DNA from: Chamaesiphon sp.
GTDB lineage: Bacteria > Cyanobacteriota > Cyanobacteriia > Cyanobacteriales > Chamaesiphonaceae
DNA length: 64,000 nt
Assembly (NCBI GenBank): GCA_965246715.1
Contig: CBDFFH010000025.1
Coordinates: 23,356-87,355 of the forward strand
Reading direction: 5' to 3'
Shown here in pieces: positions 43,028 through 54,217 of this stretch (position 1 is its first letter; the number at the start of each line of letters is the position of its first letter). The position numbers and the translations under genes are program-made. The notes below the pieces were generated by a model, which made no database searches, was not told the DNA's origin, and worked only from the letters and a program-made list of their open reading frames with translations.

Positions 43028-43539
43028 GAGGATGTTTGAAAAGTCAGTTGGTAAAAAAGCTCACTCGGTATAGACTACAGATAGATAATGAGTAGTGCTA
43101 AGTGAGCAGAATGAGTAAAGCATATCCTAGTAACCTGACCACAGACCAATTTGAATTAATTAGTGGGATGATTCCAGCACCAAAGCCAGGTGGTCGTCCA
43201 CGAGAGGTGGAGATCGCAGAGGTAATCAACGCAATCTTCTATCTACTGTGTGAAGGATGTCGTTGGCGAGCGTTACCAGGAGATTTCCCAGCATGGCAGA
43301 CGGTATATACTTATTTTCGAGACTGGCGCAAGGATGGAACATGGGTCAAAATCCACGATCGGTTGAGAGCATGGGTAAGAATAGAACAAGAGCGTCAACC
43401 CAGCCCATCAGAGGCTGCAATCGATAGCCAAAGTGTCAAAAGTGCCGCAATGGTCAGTGAGGCAGTTGGTTATGATGCAGGTAAGCAAATCAAGGGCAGA
43501 AAGCGGTTTGTGACAGTAGACACACTCGGCTTAGTCTTA
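43028..43539 (+). mobile_element. 5' partial copy (512 bp) of the adjacent IS5 element; truncated transposase 43102-43551
   Basis: Appears identical to 43540-44051, starts with left IR GAGGATGTTTGAAAAGT. Confidence 0.93.
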
Positions 43540-44444
43540 GAGGATGTTTGAAAAGTCAGTTGGTAAAAAAGCTCACTCGGTATAGACTACAGATAGATAA
43601 TGAGTAGTGCTAAGTGAGCAGAATGAGTAAAGCATATCCTAGTAACCTGACCACAGACCAATTTGAATTAATTAGTGGGATGATTCCAGCACCAAAGCCA
43701 GGTGGTCGTCCACGAGAGGTGGAGATCGCAGAGGTAATCAACGCAATCTTCTATCTACTGTGTGAAGGATGTCGTTGGCGAGCGTTACCAGGAGATTTCC
43801 CAGCATGGCAGACGGTATATACTTATTTTCGAGACTGGCGCAAGGATGGAACATGGGTCAAAATCCACGATCGGTTGAGAGCATGGGTAAGAATAGAACA
43901 AGAGCGTCAACCCAGCCCATCAGAGGCTGCAATCGATAGCCAAAGTGTCAAAAGTGCCGCAATGGTCAGTGAGGCAGTTGGTTATGATGCAGGTAAGCAA
44001 ATCAAGGGCAGAAAGCGGTTTGTGACAGTAGACACACTCGGCTTAGTCTTACGGGTATGGGTGACAGCAGCCAATATCACTGAACGAGATGGTGGCATCC
44101 AAGTGTTGAAAAAAGTCAAACAAATGGGTCAATCGGTATCTCGACTGCATACAATTTGGGTGGATGGTGGTTTTAGTGGTGAGAATTTTCTGCACTTGGT
44201 AATGGATGTCTGTCATTGGCTGGTGCAGGTCGTGCTGCGACCAAAAGAACATAAAGGATTTGTGCTATTACCTAAGCGTTGGGTTGTCGAACGTACCTTT
44301 GGTTGGTTAATGAACTGTCGGCGATTGACCAGAGATTATGAGAAACTACCTGAAACATCCGAGACATTTATTTATCTGGTGATGATCCGTATAATGGTGC
44401 GGCGTTTAGCATAAAATTTGACCAGAAACTTTTCAAACATCCTC
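43540..44444 (+). mobile_element. Complete IS5-family (IS1031-type) element, 905 bp
   Basis: IRs GAGGATGTTTGAAAAGT / ACTTTTCAAACATCCTC; TTA target duplication; single transposase ORF. Confidence 0.95.
43614..44414 (+). CDS. IS5 family transposase (intact)
   Basis: YPSNLT, GCRWRALP, IDSQSVK, GYDAGKQIKGRKR, WVDGG, RWVVERTFGW, RRLTRDYE. Confidence 0.95.
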   Translation: MSRMSKAYPSNLTTDQFELISGMIPAPKPGGRPREVEIAEVINAIFYLLCEGCRWRALPGDFPAWQTVYTYFRDWRKDGTWVKIHDRLRAWVRIEQERQPSPSEAAIDSQSVKSAAMVSEAVGYDAGKQIKGRKRFVTVDTLGLVLRVWVTAANITERDGGIQVLKKVKQMGQSVSRLHTIWVDGGFSGENFLHLVMDVCHWLVQVVLRPKEHKGFVLLPKRWVVERTFGWLMNCRRLTRDYEKLPETSETFIYLVMIRIMVRRLA

Positions 44445-45098
44445 TTAGAAAAAACCGGAAAATCAACAAAATTAATATCCTGAAAGTCTACAACATTCCC
44501 GAGCTTATCCATGAAATTTTCAGGGCGGAGATTGAATGCTGGCACATCGATCGTCTCGTCGTGGAAAATAATTACTGTCTGGACAAAACTCTCACGATCG
44601 TCATCATTGCTACTCTCGATCGAGGCAGAATCATCACCAATATTTATGCTAGTATCGGTTCTATTAGTACCCACCATAAATACATAGTCAAAAATCGCCA
44701 CAGTCACCGACTTACGACCGCGTGCGAGCTGACCGTGCATGAAATTGGTTATTTTACAATTCGTGCCATAGTGAAAGAATTCAAGATTGGCTAATAACGG
44801 TGAGATCCGAGCGTCGCCTTTAGGAAAAAATTGGAGCTTTAACTCTTGGGCGATCGCTTGCAGCTCCTGAGTTCGCTTCTTTCCCATCCAGATTACCAGC
44901 CAGGTAAAACTACCAATTATTGTGATGACTAGCAAAAGCATCAAAAATCCTGCCAGCGGATCTTTCATTTTATTTTCGCTCCTATTTCGATCTCTAGTGC
45001 GGTACTGTCATAGTATGCCCCGAGCGCCTAGAATATTTATCGGAAATGAGTACAAAAATTAGTGGCAATTGAGATAAATTGAGATAATTAAATCCACA

Positions 45099-45884
45099 AT
45101 GACAAGTTTTCCGCGCGTTCTGGATCTGTTAGATTTAGCCTGGGCATTCGGGCTAATTGCGATCTCGATCGGTTTATTGCAGTGGCAACGCGTCAAGATC
45201 GGCGGACAGCTGGCTGTGGCTGCGGCGCGATCGCTGTTGCAGTTATTGGTGATGGGGTTTGGGTTACAGGTAATCTGGCAACTGAACCAGCCACTCGTAA
45301 CCGTCAGCGCGATTTTTGTCCTGGCGATCGCGACCGCAATTGCCGCTAGCAATCGCATCAGCGATCGAGTGAAAAATTTACTCCCGATCGTCATTGGAGC
45401 TATCCTCACGAGTCTGGTTGTGGCACTAGGGTATACAATTTTAGTGGTGATTAAGCCAGCCTATTGGTATCAACCGCAGTATTTATTAGCTTATGCCGGA
45501 ATTAGCCTGGGTTATCTGCTCAATAGTACGGCGGTTGCTGGCGAACGCCTGATCGGTGAAATCGATCGACATCAAGTAGAAATCGAAACACATCTAAGTC
45601 TGGGTGCTACTCCCGATCTCGCGATCGCTACCTATCGGCAAGCCGCGATTAAAGTTGCCTTATTGCCCACGATCGAAACGCTGATGGTAGCGGGGTTGGT
45701 GGCGATTCCGGGGTTTTTAAGTGGAGAGCTGCTAGCTGACGTTCAACCTGTCAATGCGGCTGGATATCAGATCGTTGCGTTATTTACCGCGATCGCTAGT
45801 AATACAATTGCGGCGTTGCTGGTGACAAAAGGAATTGCCAATCGTTATTTTACTCGTCACGCTCAATTAAAGACATTAGAATAA
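45099..45884 (+). CDS. UPF0014/FetB-like ABC transporter permease
   Basis: RSLLQL, WYQPQY, IETHLSLGATP, GLVAIPG, YQI motifs. Confidence 0.85.
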   Translation: MTSFPRVLDLLDLAWAFGLIAISIGLLQWQRVKIGGQLAVAAARSLLQLLVMGFGLQVIWQLNQPLVTVSAIFVLAIATAIAASNRISDRVKNLLPIVIGAILTSLVVALGYTILVVIKPAYWYQPQYLLAYAGISLGYLLNSTAVAGERLIGEIDRHQVEIETHLSLGATPDLAIATYRQAAIKVALLPTIETLMVAGLVAIPGFLSGELLADVQPVNAAGYQIVALFTAIASNTIAALLVTKGIANRYFTRHAQLKTLE

Positions 45885-45994
45885 AACTCAAGATCCAATA
45901 AAACTGCGAACAAATTACCCAGTTTTTCGGTCGGGTATAATAAAGTGTTTGGTTTGAATCGATTTTACTCCTAATTTTGTTAAATAATCTAGTC

Positions 45995-47128
45995 ATGCAA
46001 CTATCAATTAGTTATAAAGCAGCCACTGCACTTGCAGTATTTGCTAGCTACTTAAGCATAATTTCCCCGCAGACGATCGCCGCGAACAGCCGCCAGCCTA
46101 TCGTCCACCATTTCGATCGACAGATCGCGCAAGATTATCAAAAACAAGCAAACGATCTATTGACATCCGGCAATCAAAAATTTGAGTTGGATAATTATGC
46201 TGGTGCAGTTGCCGACTTTACTAAGTCAATTCAAATCAGTCCCAACTTTGAGAAAGCGTATTTTAATCGGGCTGTTGCTTATAGTCTATTGGGCGATCGG
46301 CGCAATGCAATCGAGGACTATGGCCAAGTCATTAAATTGAATCCCAATAATGTGAATGCATTGTTCAATCGATCGGTACTGCGGGAGAAACAAGGCGACA
46401 AACAAGGCTCGCTCAGCGATCTCGATCGTGTAATTCAAGTCGATCCTACCTATGCAGATGCCTATCTCAATCGCGGCAACTTTCGCCAAGATTCGGGAGA
46501 TTTAGCTGGGGCGACTAGCGATTTTTCGCAAGTTATCAAACTCACGCCGAAGAAAGCTAAAGCTTATCTCAATCGCGGCTTGGCTCGATATTTAGCGGGA
46601 GATCGTCAAGGAGCGATCGCCGATTACGATCGAGCAATTCAACTCAATCCTAAATATCAACTCGCCTATAACAATCGTGGCTGGGTAAAATCAGAACTAG
46701 GTGATAGTACAGGCGCGATCGCCGATTACGATCGAGCAATCGCTCTCGACCCGAGTTATTATATCAGCTACTACAATCGGGCGAATATTCGGCGCAAGGC
46801 TGGCGATTATCAAGGTGCGATTAACGATTACAATAAAACCATCGAAATCAAACCCAATTACTCGGCGGCTTATACCAATCGGGGCATTGTCAAAAGAGAG
46901 TTAAAAGATTTTAAAGCATCTGCTGATGATTTTAGTACGGCGGTGATTCTCAATCCTAATTCTGCCGAAGGTTATTATAATCGGGGGATCGCTCGTCAGG
47001 CTCTCAATGAGCGATCGGGTGCGGTTAGCGATTTTAAAACTGCGGCTAAATTGTATCAACAACAGGGAAATAAACGCGAATCTGATAAGGCGCTAACTTT
47101 GGTGTGGCAAGTCGAGCACCAGAAGTAA
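45995..47128 (+). CDS. Exported tetratricopeptide repeat protein
   Basis: Repeated AYxNRG...GAIADYDRAI 34-aa units; N-terminal signal; ATG 45995 (track start 45977). Confidence 0.92.
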   Translation: MQLSISYKAATALAVFASYLSIISPQTIAANSRQPIVHHFDRQIAQDYQKQANDLLTSGNQKFELDNYAGAVADFTKSIQISPNFEKAYFNRAVAYSLLGDRRNAIEDYGQVIKLNPNNVNALFNRSVLREKQGDKQGSLSDLDRVIQVDPTYADAYLNRGNFRQDSGDLAGATSDFSQVIKLTPKKAKAYLNRGLARYLAGDRQGAIADYDRAIQLNPKYQLAYNNRGWVKSELGDSTGAIADYDRAIALDPSYYISYYNRANIRRKAGDYQGAINDYNKTIEIKPNYSAAYTNRGIVKRELKDFKASADDFSTAVILNPNSAEGYYNRGIARQALNERSGAVSDFKTAAKLYQQQGNKRESDKALTLVWQVEHQK

Positions 47129-47233
47129 GTAGATGGGCGTAATTAAATATAAGATCTCGTGTAGGGTGGGCACTGCCCACCAGCTAGGTTTCAGGCATAA
47201 TCTATTTTATAAATAATTGCACCTACCTACTTA
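47126..47233. mobile_element. MITE-like element with TA-bounded imperfect TIRs and internal GTAG-type REP
   Basis: taagtagatgggcgtaatta...taattgcacctacctactta; internal gtagggtgggcactgcccacc. Confidence 0.65.
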
Positions 47234-47385
47234 GTCAAGATTTAGCTATTTTGAGGGGCTATGCTAACGCGATAAGATCTGTTTGAAGCGAAGTGGCAAG
47301 TGGTATGTGTTGATGGGGTGCGAGTTTTACTGGTGAGGGCAAAACCCGGGTCTGGGGGTCTGAACCCCCAGACCCCCCGTTGAGG

Positions 47386-48309
47386 CAGGGTGGTTTCATA
47401 CAAGAGACCTCCTGCGAAAGTATTAATCGATCGCTTTTTGAGGTAGCAAAGAAAGCTCATAATTGTAGATACCAGGAATTAAATTAATCCTCAGACCAAA
47501 TCTGCGCCGACGATTCCTATATCTTGATGATAAGATTCTGAAGATATTTAATTTTCTGTGAACGTGTTCTCCTATAATTCTTTCTCTTGCTAGTTTCTTG
47601 GTGAATTTCTTCTGGTCTTTATTTAAAGGTGTTTTTCTCGTTTTTTAGATTGGAGTGTTTCTGTTTCTAAATCTAGTAATTCTACTTGCTTTTTTCCGAT
47701 TACATTAAACATTCCTGACTTAATGAGTATATTTTCTACTTTTCTGACGTTCCTTAGTACATTTGTTTCGTCTAACTCCCAATCTCCTTCCATATGAAAA
47801 TAGGTTCGATACTCTCGCCAATACTGTAATGTCATTAATATTTGGTCTTCTATATTCAGCTTGCTTGGTCTGCCGCTCTTTTTTGCTAGCACCTTTTCTG
47901 CTGCCACTACTTTTACCATTTGCTCAAATGTTGTCAAACTGACTCCAAATAAGCGGTTAAACTCTTCTGGCTCTAAATTTTTAGCTGCTTCGTATCTCAC
48001 AATCTCTTCTTTTTAGCTTGCTCTATTATCTATATTCTACATAACCGCGATCGGACTTTCGCAAGAGGTCTAATCAAGAACACTGGCATGACTGATTGCA
48101 GTTGAACTACACCTGCCGCTTGGTCATCATAAACCGAGACTAAACTCGTGAAATTCTGCTGACTGGTGTTGCCGCCAAAACTAGTACATTTTGCTTTCCG
48201 ATGGTCTGGTATTTGCTTTAATTGTTCTGTGAGGAGCATTTAGACTAATTTCCTTTGCGAGGTAACTTAGTCTATCCTCATTTTTCTTCCGGTGTATGAA
48301 ACCACCCTG
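47386..48309 (-). mobile_element. ISAs1-family remnant containing a nested IS
   Basis: CAGGGTGGTTTCATACA / TGTATGAAACCACCCTG ends; MLLTEQLKQIPDHRKAK and QNFTSLVSVY transposase fragments (48030-48239). Confidence 0.8.
47405..48071 (-). mobile_element. Internally deleted IS5-family (ISL2-type) element; transposase pseudogene 47623-48000 plus C-terminal fragment
   Basis: IRs agacctcctgcgaaagt / actttcgcaagaggtct; GRPSKL..EDQILMTLQYWREYRTY; EHVHRKLNIFRILSSRYRNRRRRFGLR on minus strand. Confidence 0.82.
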
Positions 48310-48318
48310 ATCGGGCAA

Positions 48319-48549
48319 CTAATAATCAAGCAAAATTGCATCGATCGTTGGCGTACTTGTGCTGAGCGAAGTCGAAGTAGCCTCTCCTCTGGAGAATCGT
48401 GTCCGGCAGATTTCTAGCCCTGCTGCCACCGATTCGGCTTCGAGCAGCTCGTAATTGCAGCTTGAGTCTTGTTGTAACAAGCGGCGATATAGCTCTCGAT
48501 CTGCCGGAAAATCTTCAACAATCAGTACTGTATAGGTTTGATGAGTCAC
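48319..48549 (-). pseudogene. Truncated response regulator receiver with in-frame repeat insertion
   Basis: VLIVED...AILLDY then stop next to the ISAs1 end. Confidence 0.8.
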
Positions 48550-48693
48550 TTAGATCGCGGTAAAGGGATTGAAACGAATCACAAGCGATCGCCAACAGCG
48601 CAATTGTTAAATATTTATGTACATCCACATGAGCTATGTTAACAGTTAAACGCTTGGAAAAAACAGCATACAAAAAAGTCGATCCACTACCAT

Positions 48694-49814
48694 TTATCCT
48701 CTCTCTATCTGCTTCGGCCAAGTGAAATAGAACGTCGTCCCCTTGCCAATTTGGGACTCTAGCCGAATAGTACCGCCTTCGGCTTCGATGATTTTTTTGA
48801 CGATCGCCAGTCCGATGCCAGTACTATCGGTGCGATTTTGCGGATTTACGGCTTGAAAGATATTAAATACGCGATCTTGATACTCTAGCGCAATCCCTGG
48901 GCCATCATCGGCAATCGCAAATTCATAGAATTCGTTGCGCTCGGTGATATCATGCCCGATCGCATAGATTAGATTTTGCTCGACATCTGGCATGGCACTC
49001 CACAATATCCAGCGATACGAGCCATCTTTGCAACGGTAGCGATTTTCAAAGCCCACCACCTCTTCACCTGCACCAAGCTTTTGGGTAGCAGTAGCCGTAC
49101 TTGCTCGATCGTCAGGATGAACGAATTCAATAAAGGGCTGGGACGTTAATTCAGCAGTTGTGAAGCCCAAAACCCGCTCGAATGCTGGATTGAGTCGCGT
49201 GAAGTAGCCATCAAAATTCGCGACTTCCAACAGATCGAGTGACAGATTGAAGACTCGATCGCGCTCCTGCTCCGCTGCGAGCCGTTCCGCCTCCATCTGC
49301 TTCCGCGCGGTAATATCCTGAAGGTAAATTCCCAAGCCTTCGGCGGCGGGATAAAGATGCGACTAAAACCAACTTGCAGTCGGCTCGAACCATCCCTCCA
49401 GATGGACGGCAACTCGCTCTGTGAGTGCGCGTCGAAACTTCCGCTCCACATCAGTACCGACTAGGGCAGGAAACAGATCCCAATGGTATCTGCCCAAAAA
49501 TTCTGTGGGTGCCAAGTTGGTGAGATCGCAAATGACTCCGGTGGCGGCTTGGTTAGCATCGACGATCCGCCAATCGCGATCGACCGTGACGTAAGCATCG
49601 GTCATGCTTTCCCAGATATCGATTATTTGTTGCTGATCAGTTTGCAAACCGATCTCGGCCTGTCTTTGGGCAGTTTCGTCCCGCCAAGACACCATAAATT
49701 TATCATTTTGTCGATCGACAGCAGAAAGCGATCCTGCATCTGCTGCAATTGCTGTCTCAGGCGATCGGCTGCAAAATCCTCAACTATGAGTATTGTGTAG
49801 AGCGAAGTACTCAT
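48694..49814 (-). pseudogene. Degraded REC-PAS-PAS-histidine kinase gene
   Basis: REC start (ILIVEDF), PAS fragments in different frames, HATPase tail (DDGPGI, GIGLAIVKK, GTTFYFTW) fused directly to PAS with no HisKA. Confidence 0.85.
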
Positions 49815-50216
49815 AATAGTTGAGATCGGTCTGAGTTAACTAGATGCTACTTAAAGAGAATCGATTGAAAAGTTCTTGAGACGCTTCAAAAATCTTATCA
49901 CTTTTGGATTATTTTTTCTAGAAGATCCCTAGCTCGTACTGTATCCTCAAAATTTGCAAATCGGGATGCTGGGCATTGCCCAGCATCCCGATTTGCACCG
50001 ATATTCCATCTCGACACATCGAGTTATCGTTCGGCATCAGCGATAAATGGTATCACCCCATCTAAAATAAAAGGGCGACTAGTGTCGATAGTATTCACAC
50101 TTGAATCCAAAATCGAGATGCTCTTATCCGGATTTATCCGTGGACTCAATCCAAAATCCTATCTTGTCTCGCTTTTCCCGTCGGGAGAAGACGCAAAATC
50201 CAAAATCTAAAATCTG

Positions 50217-51026
50217 ATGAGATTATTAATTAGCAACGATGATGGGGTTTTCGCTCTGGGTATCAAGACATTAGCGGATACATTAGCTTTAGCCGGACAT
50301 GAAGTAATTGTCGTCTGTCCCGATCGCGAGCGATCGGCCACCGGACACGGTTTGACACTGCACGATCCGATTCGTGCCGAGTTAGTAACGGGAGTATTTC
50401 ATCCCAGCATCAAAGCTTGGTCTTGTTCTGGGACTCCAGCAGATTGCGTCAAGTTAGCTCTGGGCGCATTATTAGACGAGTTCCCCGATTTTGTCCTATC
50501 CGGCATCAATCACGGCGCGAATCTCGGTACAGACGTTTTGTACTCGGGAACGGTGTCTGCGGCGATGGAAGGGACGATCGAAGGCATTCCAAGTATCGCA
50601 TTCAGCCTCACGAGTTTTAGTTGTCAAGAATTTCAGCCAGCAGCGGATTTTGCGAAGACATTAATTAGTCATTTGGAGCAGCAACCATTAGCGGAATCGA
50701 TGTTATTAAACATCAATATTCCGCCAGTTCCTACCCCTGAAATTGCCGGAGTTAAAGTTACCCGTCAAGGCATCCGCCGCTATTTCGATACCTTCCAAAA
50801 GCGGGTCGATCCGCGCGGCAAAACTTACTATTGGCTCTCGGGAGAGGTAATACAAGATCTGGATCAGCCAGAGCATTTGCACCTGCCACCAGAAATTGAA
50901 ACCGACGTACAAGCGATTAAACGTAACTATATTACGATCGTGCCACTCCAGTTTAATATGACCTCGACTACGGGAATTTATGGTCTCAAGGATTGTGGTG
51001 TAGAAGATTGTAACTACTCAGGTTGA
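50217..51026 (+). CDS. surE: 5'/3'-nucleotidase SurE
   Basis: [42 protein letters not shown]. Confidence 0.96.
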   Translation: MRLLISNDDGVFALGIKTLADTLALAGHEVIVVCPDRERSATGHGLTLHDPIRAELVTGVFHPSIKAWSCSGTPADCVKLALGALLDEFPDFVLSGINHGANLGTDVLYSGTVSAAMEGTIEGIPSIAFSLTSFSCQEFQPAADFAKTLISHLEQQPLAESMLLNINIPPVPTPEIAGVKVTRQGIRRYFDTFQKRVDPRGKTYYWLSGEVIQDLDQPEHLHLPPEIETDVQAIKRNYITIVPLQFNMTSTTGIYGLKDCGVEDCNYSG

Positions 51027-51262
51027 AGACTAGGAAAAGTGGGGTTTCCATAAAAACAAGTCTGAGGGCATCGAGAACTTGGATGCCCTGTTTACGAACA
51101 GTAGAGAGATAACCGCGAATTCGACAAAACTGTTGGGCACCTTCAATTGAGCGGAAAGTCCCAGCAATCTTCTGTTTCAACTTCATCATTCGCAGATCCC
51201 GCTCCGCTTGATTATTATCAAAGGGAACTTTCCAATCATGCATGAATAACTGAAGATCTGGC
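51010..51262 (-). mobile_element. IS66-family transposase C-terminal fragment with terminal end
   Basis: [39 protein letters not shown] terminus at 51021-51010. Confidence 0.85.
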
Positions 51263-51650
51263 AACATATTTTGGAGAGTTATGCCAAGATTGCCTAGACC
51301 AAAATATTAAAAAATTGATAATCATCTTAGATAATAATCCCACTCACAAAAACAAGCTCCGTCGTCATCTGAGGTCTGAATTAATCATCAGAGAGAGCGA
51401 AGAAAAGATCGCAGTTGAGTTTATTTATTTGCCACCCTACTCAGCTAATTTCAATCTGGCTGAATATCTAATCCATTTACTCCGATTAAGGCTATTGCAT
51501 CATTTGCCAATTGGCACTACCATTGAACAAGCAAGAATGCGGATTGAAAGCTTCTTTGAACATCAACAATTACAGACTTCAATTCAGATTGAAAATCCAA
51601 TTAAACATATCTGCAACTTAATTCTATGATCTTACGGCGGGAAGGGAGTA
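51263..51650 (+). mobile_element. IS630-family transposase C-terminal fragment
   Basis: IIILDNNPTHK and YLPPYSANFNLAEY DDE motifs; ends in TA. Confidence 0.8.
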
Positions 51651-52260
51651 GAAGTGTTTGTTGGCCGAAACAAGAAAGCCCAAATTGATATTTAGCCGTC
51701 TTGAAAAATCCTTCGATTACCCATCGACGACTGCCCCACCAGGCAGTACGATTGCCTGGTGGGGCGCGGGTAGAAATCACAAATCTTTTCTCCAACTTAC
51801 CATCCCGCTTCAAGTAAAACCAGGAAACAGTAACCACGCCATCCAAGCCTGATAGCTGAATTTATTGACCCTTCTTACCTAGCATCTTAATCTGTCTCCC
51901 ATCAGCCAGTTTCCGGTTGTTAGGGATACCGACAATTGCTTGATGACGAAGTTTTTTGACCCCCTTGAGGAATTCGACACTGCTAAATCCAGTATCAGCT
52001 AATACTTGGACAAGGGAAGCGGTAAGTGAGTTTCTTTGGCAAGGTGCGTAACAATTTTAGTCCTAATTGAGCTGGAGTAGTTGTGCCCTTGCCGCGCCAA
52101 GAGCGAAAAGCCCATGGTATTCTCCACTGTCCAACGACTAAGTACATCACCACCAAATGCAGTCCCCGCTTGCCGCCCTCGAATATGTATCAATGTTGCA
52201 AATGCGGTAAATTTACCCCTTTTCTCCAATGTGGTCAGGTCAATAATCACCTGTAAGTAC
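51651..52260 (-). mobile_element. Frameshifted IS701-like DDE transposase fragment
   Basis: IIDLTTLEKRGKF, ADTGFSS, RRWVIEGFFKTAKYQFGL in different frames. Confidence 0.72.
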
Positions 52261-52391
52261 GGTCAACGCTCGGTTCGCTTGCGGTCATTGGATGCGGTTT
52301 ATTTATCGCCACAAGTCCGGGAACGCTCGAATGCGTTAGTTTATTAGTAGATGAATGTTGCCATGTGGGTCGGTAAGTCTAGGAGCGGCAG

Positions 52392-54161
52392 ATGAGAGTA
52401 AATACACCGATTGCTACGCCAGAGCAAAAGGCAACCAAGCAATTATCGACTTTATTTAGGTTACTGCGATATTTCAAACCTCATCGCTACCAAATCTCGA
52501 TCGCGCTCGGTTTCGTCTTAATTGGGGCAGCGACACAAGCGATCGGGCCATTTCTCATCGGGTGGTCGATCGATAATTTCATTCGGCGGGGTGATGTGCG
52601 CGGTTTGATGAATATGTTGCTATTATTAGCAGCTATTTATATTATTGGCGTACTGGCGATTCGCGAACAAATCTATCGCATCGGGACGATAATGCAACAG
52701 ACATTAGCGCAGTTGCGTCAAGATATTTTCACTAAAATTCAAAGTTTGCCGATTAGTTTCTTCGATCGTAGTGAAGCAGGCGATCTGATGAGTCGGTTGA
52801 TTAATGATGTCAGTACGGTCAATCAAGCCTTTGGGCAAACTGTCGCGCAGATGTTAGGGCAATTGTTTACCCTGACGGGAATTATTATTGCAATGCTGTC
52901 TATCGATTTACGGTTGGGTTTAATTAGCAATTTGATTATTCCGTTGATGCTAATTACGACTGGATTATTTGCGCGGTGGGCGCGGGCGAGATTCAGGGTT
53001 ACGCGGCAGACGATTAGTGAGATGTCGATTAAGTTAGAAGAGGATATCGGTGGGGTCAGAGAAGCCCAAGCCTTCGCGCGTGCGCCGTTAAATATTCGCG
53101 AGTTTATGGTGCTAAATGCTGCTAATCGGGATGCCAATGTCCAAGCCGTCGCGATTACTTCGGCATTTTTACCCTCGATCGATCTCCTGAATACCTTAGC
53201 AACTGCGGCTGTTTTAGCTGCGGGTGGTTATTTTGCCGTTAGTGGAACGACAACGGTAGGAACGGTGACTTCGTTCCTGATTTACGTCCAGCAATTTTTT
53301 CGTCCGATTCAGATTTTAAGTCAGTTTTATACCCAAGCTCAATCAGCTTTAGCAGGTGCCGAACGCATTTTTAAGCTCATAGATGAACCAGTAACATTAC
53401 AAGATGCTAAAGATGCGATCGAGCTACCGAGAATTCAGGGTGAGGTGACATTCGATCGCGTAACTTTCGGTTACAATCCCGATCGACCAGTTCTCAAAGA
53501 TATTAACCTCCATGTCAAACCAGGTCAAACGATCGCCTTAGTCGGGGCGACAGGTGCGGGCAAAAGTACGATTATCAATTTGATTTTACGCTTTTATGAT
53601 GTCACTAGTGGTGCGGTGAAAATCGATGGTTTCGATGTCCGTGATGTCACTCAAGCTAGCCTCCATCATCAGATTGGCTTAGTACTTCAAGAAAATATTT
53701 TATTTAGTGGTACCGTCGCTGAGAATATTGCCTTCGGTCGTCCCCATGCTACCCATCTCGAAGTCGAAGCAGCGGCGCAAGTTGCCAATGTCCACGATTT
53801 TATCGTCCAGTTACCCCAAGGTTACGGAACGCCATTAGGCGAACGCGGCGCAAATCTCAGTCAAGGACAACGACAATTAATCAGTATCGCACGGGCAGTT
53901 TTAGTAGATCCACGAATCCTAATTTTGGATGAGGCGACTAGCAGTATCGATACACGAACGGAAGTTTTGGTACAACAAGCGATCGATAAATTATTAATCG
54001 GTCGGACGAGTTTTGTGATTGCTCATCGCCTGAGCACTGTGACTAAAGCCGATCGAGTTTTGGTAATTCAGCAAGGACAAATTGCCGAGCAAGGTACGCA
54101 TAATGAGTTATTGGCGCAGCAAGGAATTTATACCGATCTCTATGCGATGAGCTTGAGTTAA
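52392..54161 (+). CDS. ABC exporter, fused permease/ATP-binding (multidrug/MsbA-like)
   Basis: Six TM, GATGAGKST, LSQGQRQ, LILDEATSS, IAHRLST. Confidence 0.95.
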   Translation: MRVNTPIATPEQKATKQLSTLFRLLRYFKPHRYQISIALGFVLIGAATQAIGPFLIGWSIDNFIRRGDVRGLMNMLLLLAAIYIIGVLAIREQIYRIGTIMQQTLAQLRQDIFTKIQSLPISFFDRSEAGDLMSRLINDVSTVNQAFGQTVAQMLGQLFTLTGIIIAMLSIDLRLGLISNLIIPLMLITTGLFARWARARFRVTRQTISEMSIKLEEDIGGVREAQAFARAPLNIREFMVLNAANRDANVQAVAITSAFLPSIDLLNTLATAAVLAAGGYFAVSGTTTVGTVTSFLIYVQQFFRPIQILSQFYTQAQSALAGAERIFKLIDEPVTLQDAKDAIELPRIQGEVTFDRVTFGYNPDRPVLKDINLHVKPGQTIALVGATGAGKSTIINLILRFYDVTSGAVKIDGFDVRDVTQASLHHQIGLVLQENILFSGTVAENIAFGRPHATHLEVEAAAQVANVHDFIVQLPQGYGTPLGERGANLSQGQRQLISIARAVLVDPRILILDEATSSIDTRTEVLVQQAIDKLLIGRTSFVIAHRLSTVTKADRVLVIQQGQIAEQGTHNELLAQQGIYTDLYAMSLS

Positions 54162-54217
54162 TAGCAAGTTAGTAAAACATTCGGTGTTGCTCAATGGGGG
54201 CATGAAGCATAGATCTA

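Larger units (their letters stand above)
42736..44968 (-). pseudogene. Hypothetical single-TM protein gene (about 270 aa) split by IS5 insertion
   Basis: Joining 44968-44445 to 43024-42736 gives 813 nt in frame (...FPVFSK-RYRLDADRV...). Confidence 0.88.

Noticed and set aside
44372..44968. 198-aa ORF as a complete gene
   Set aside because: Its tail reads into IS5 DNA; the true continuation is at 43024-42736.
46600..46745. Repeated gcgatcgccgattacgatcgagcaat in the TPR gene
   Set aside because: Explained by protein TPR repeats (AIADYDRAI) at 102-nt spacing.
47242..47460. 72-aa ORF
   Set aside because: Made of repeat and IS-end sequence.
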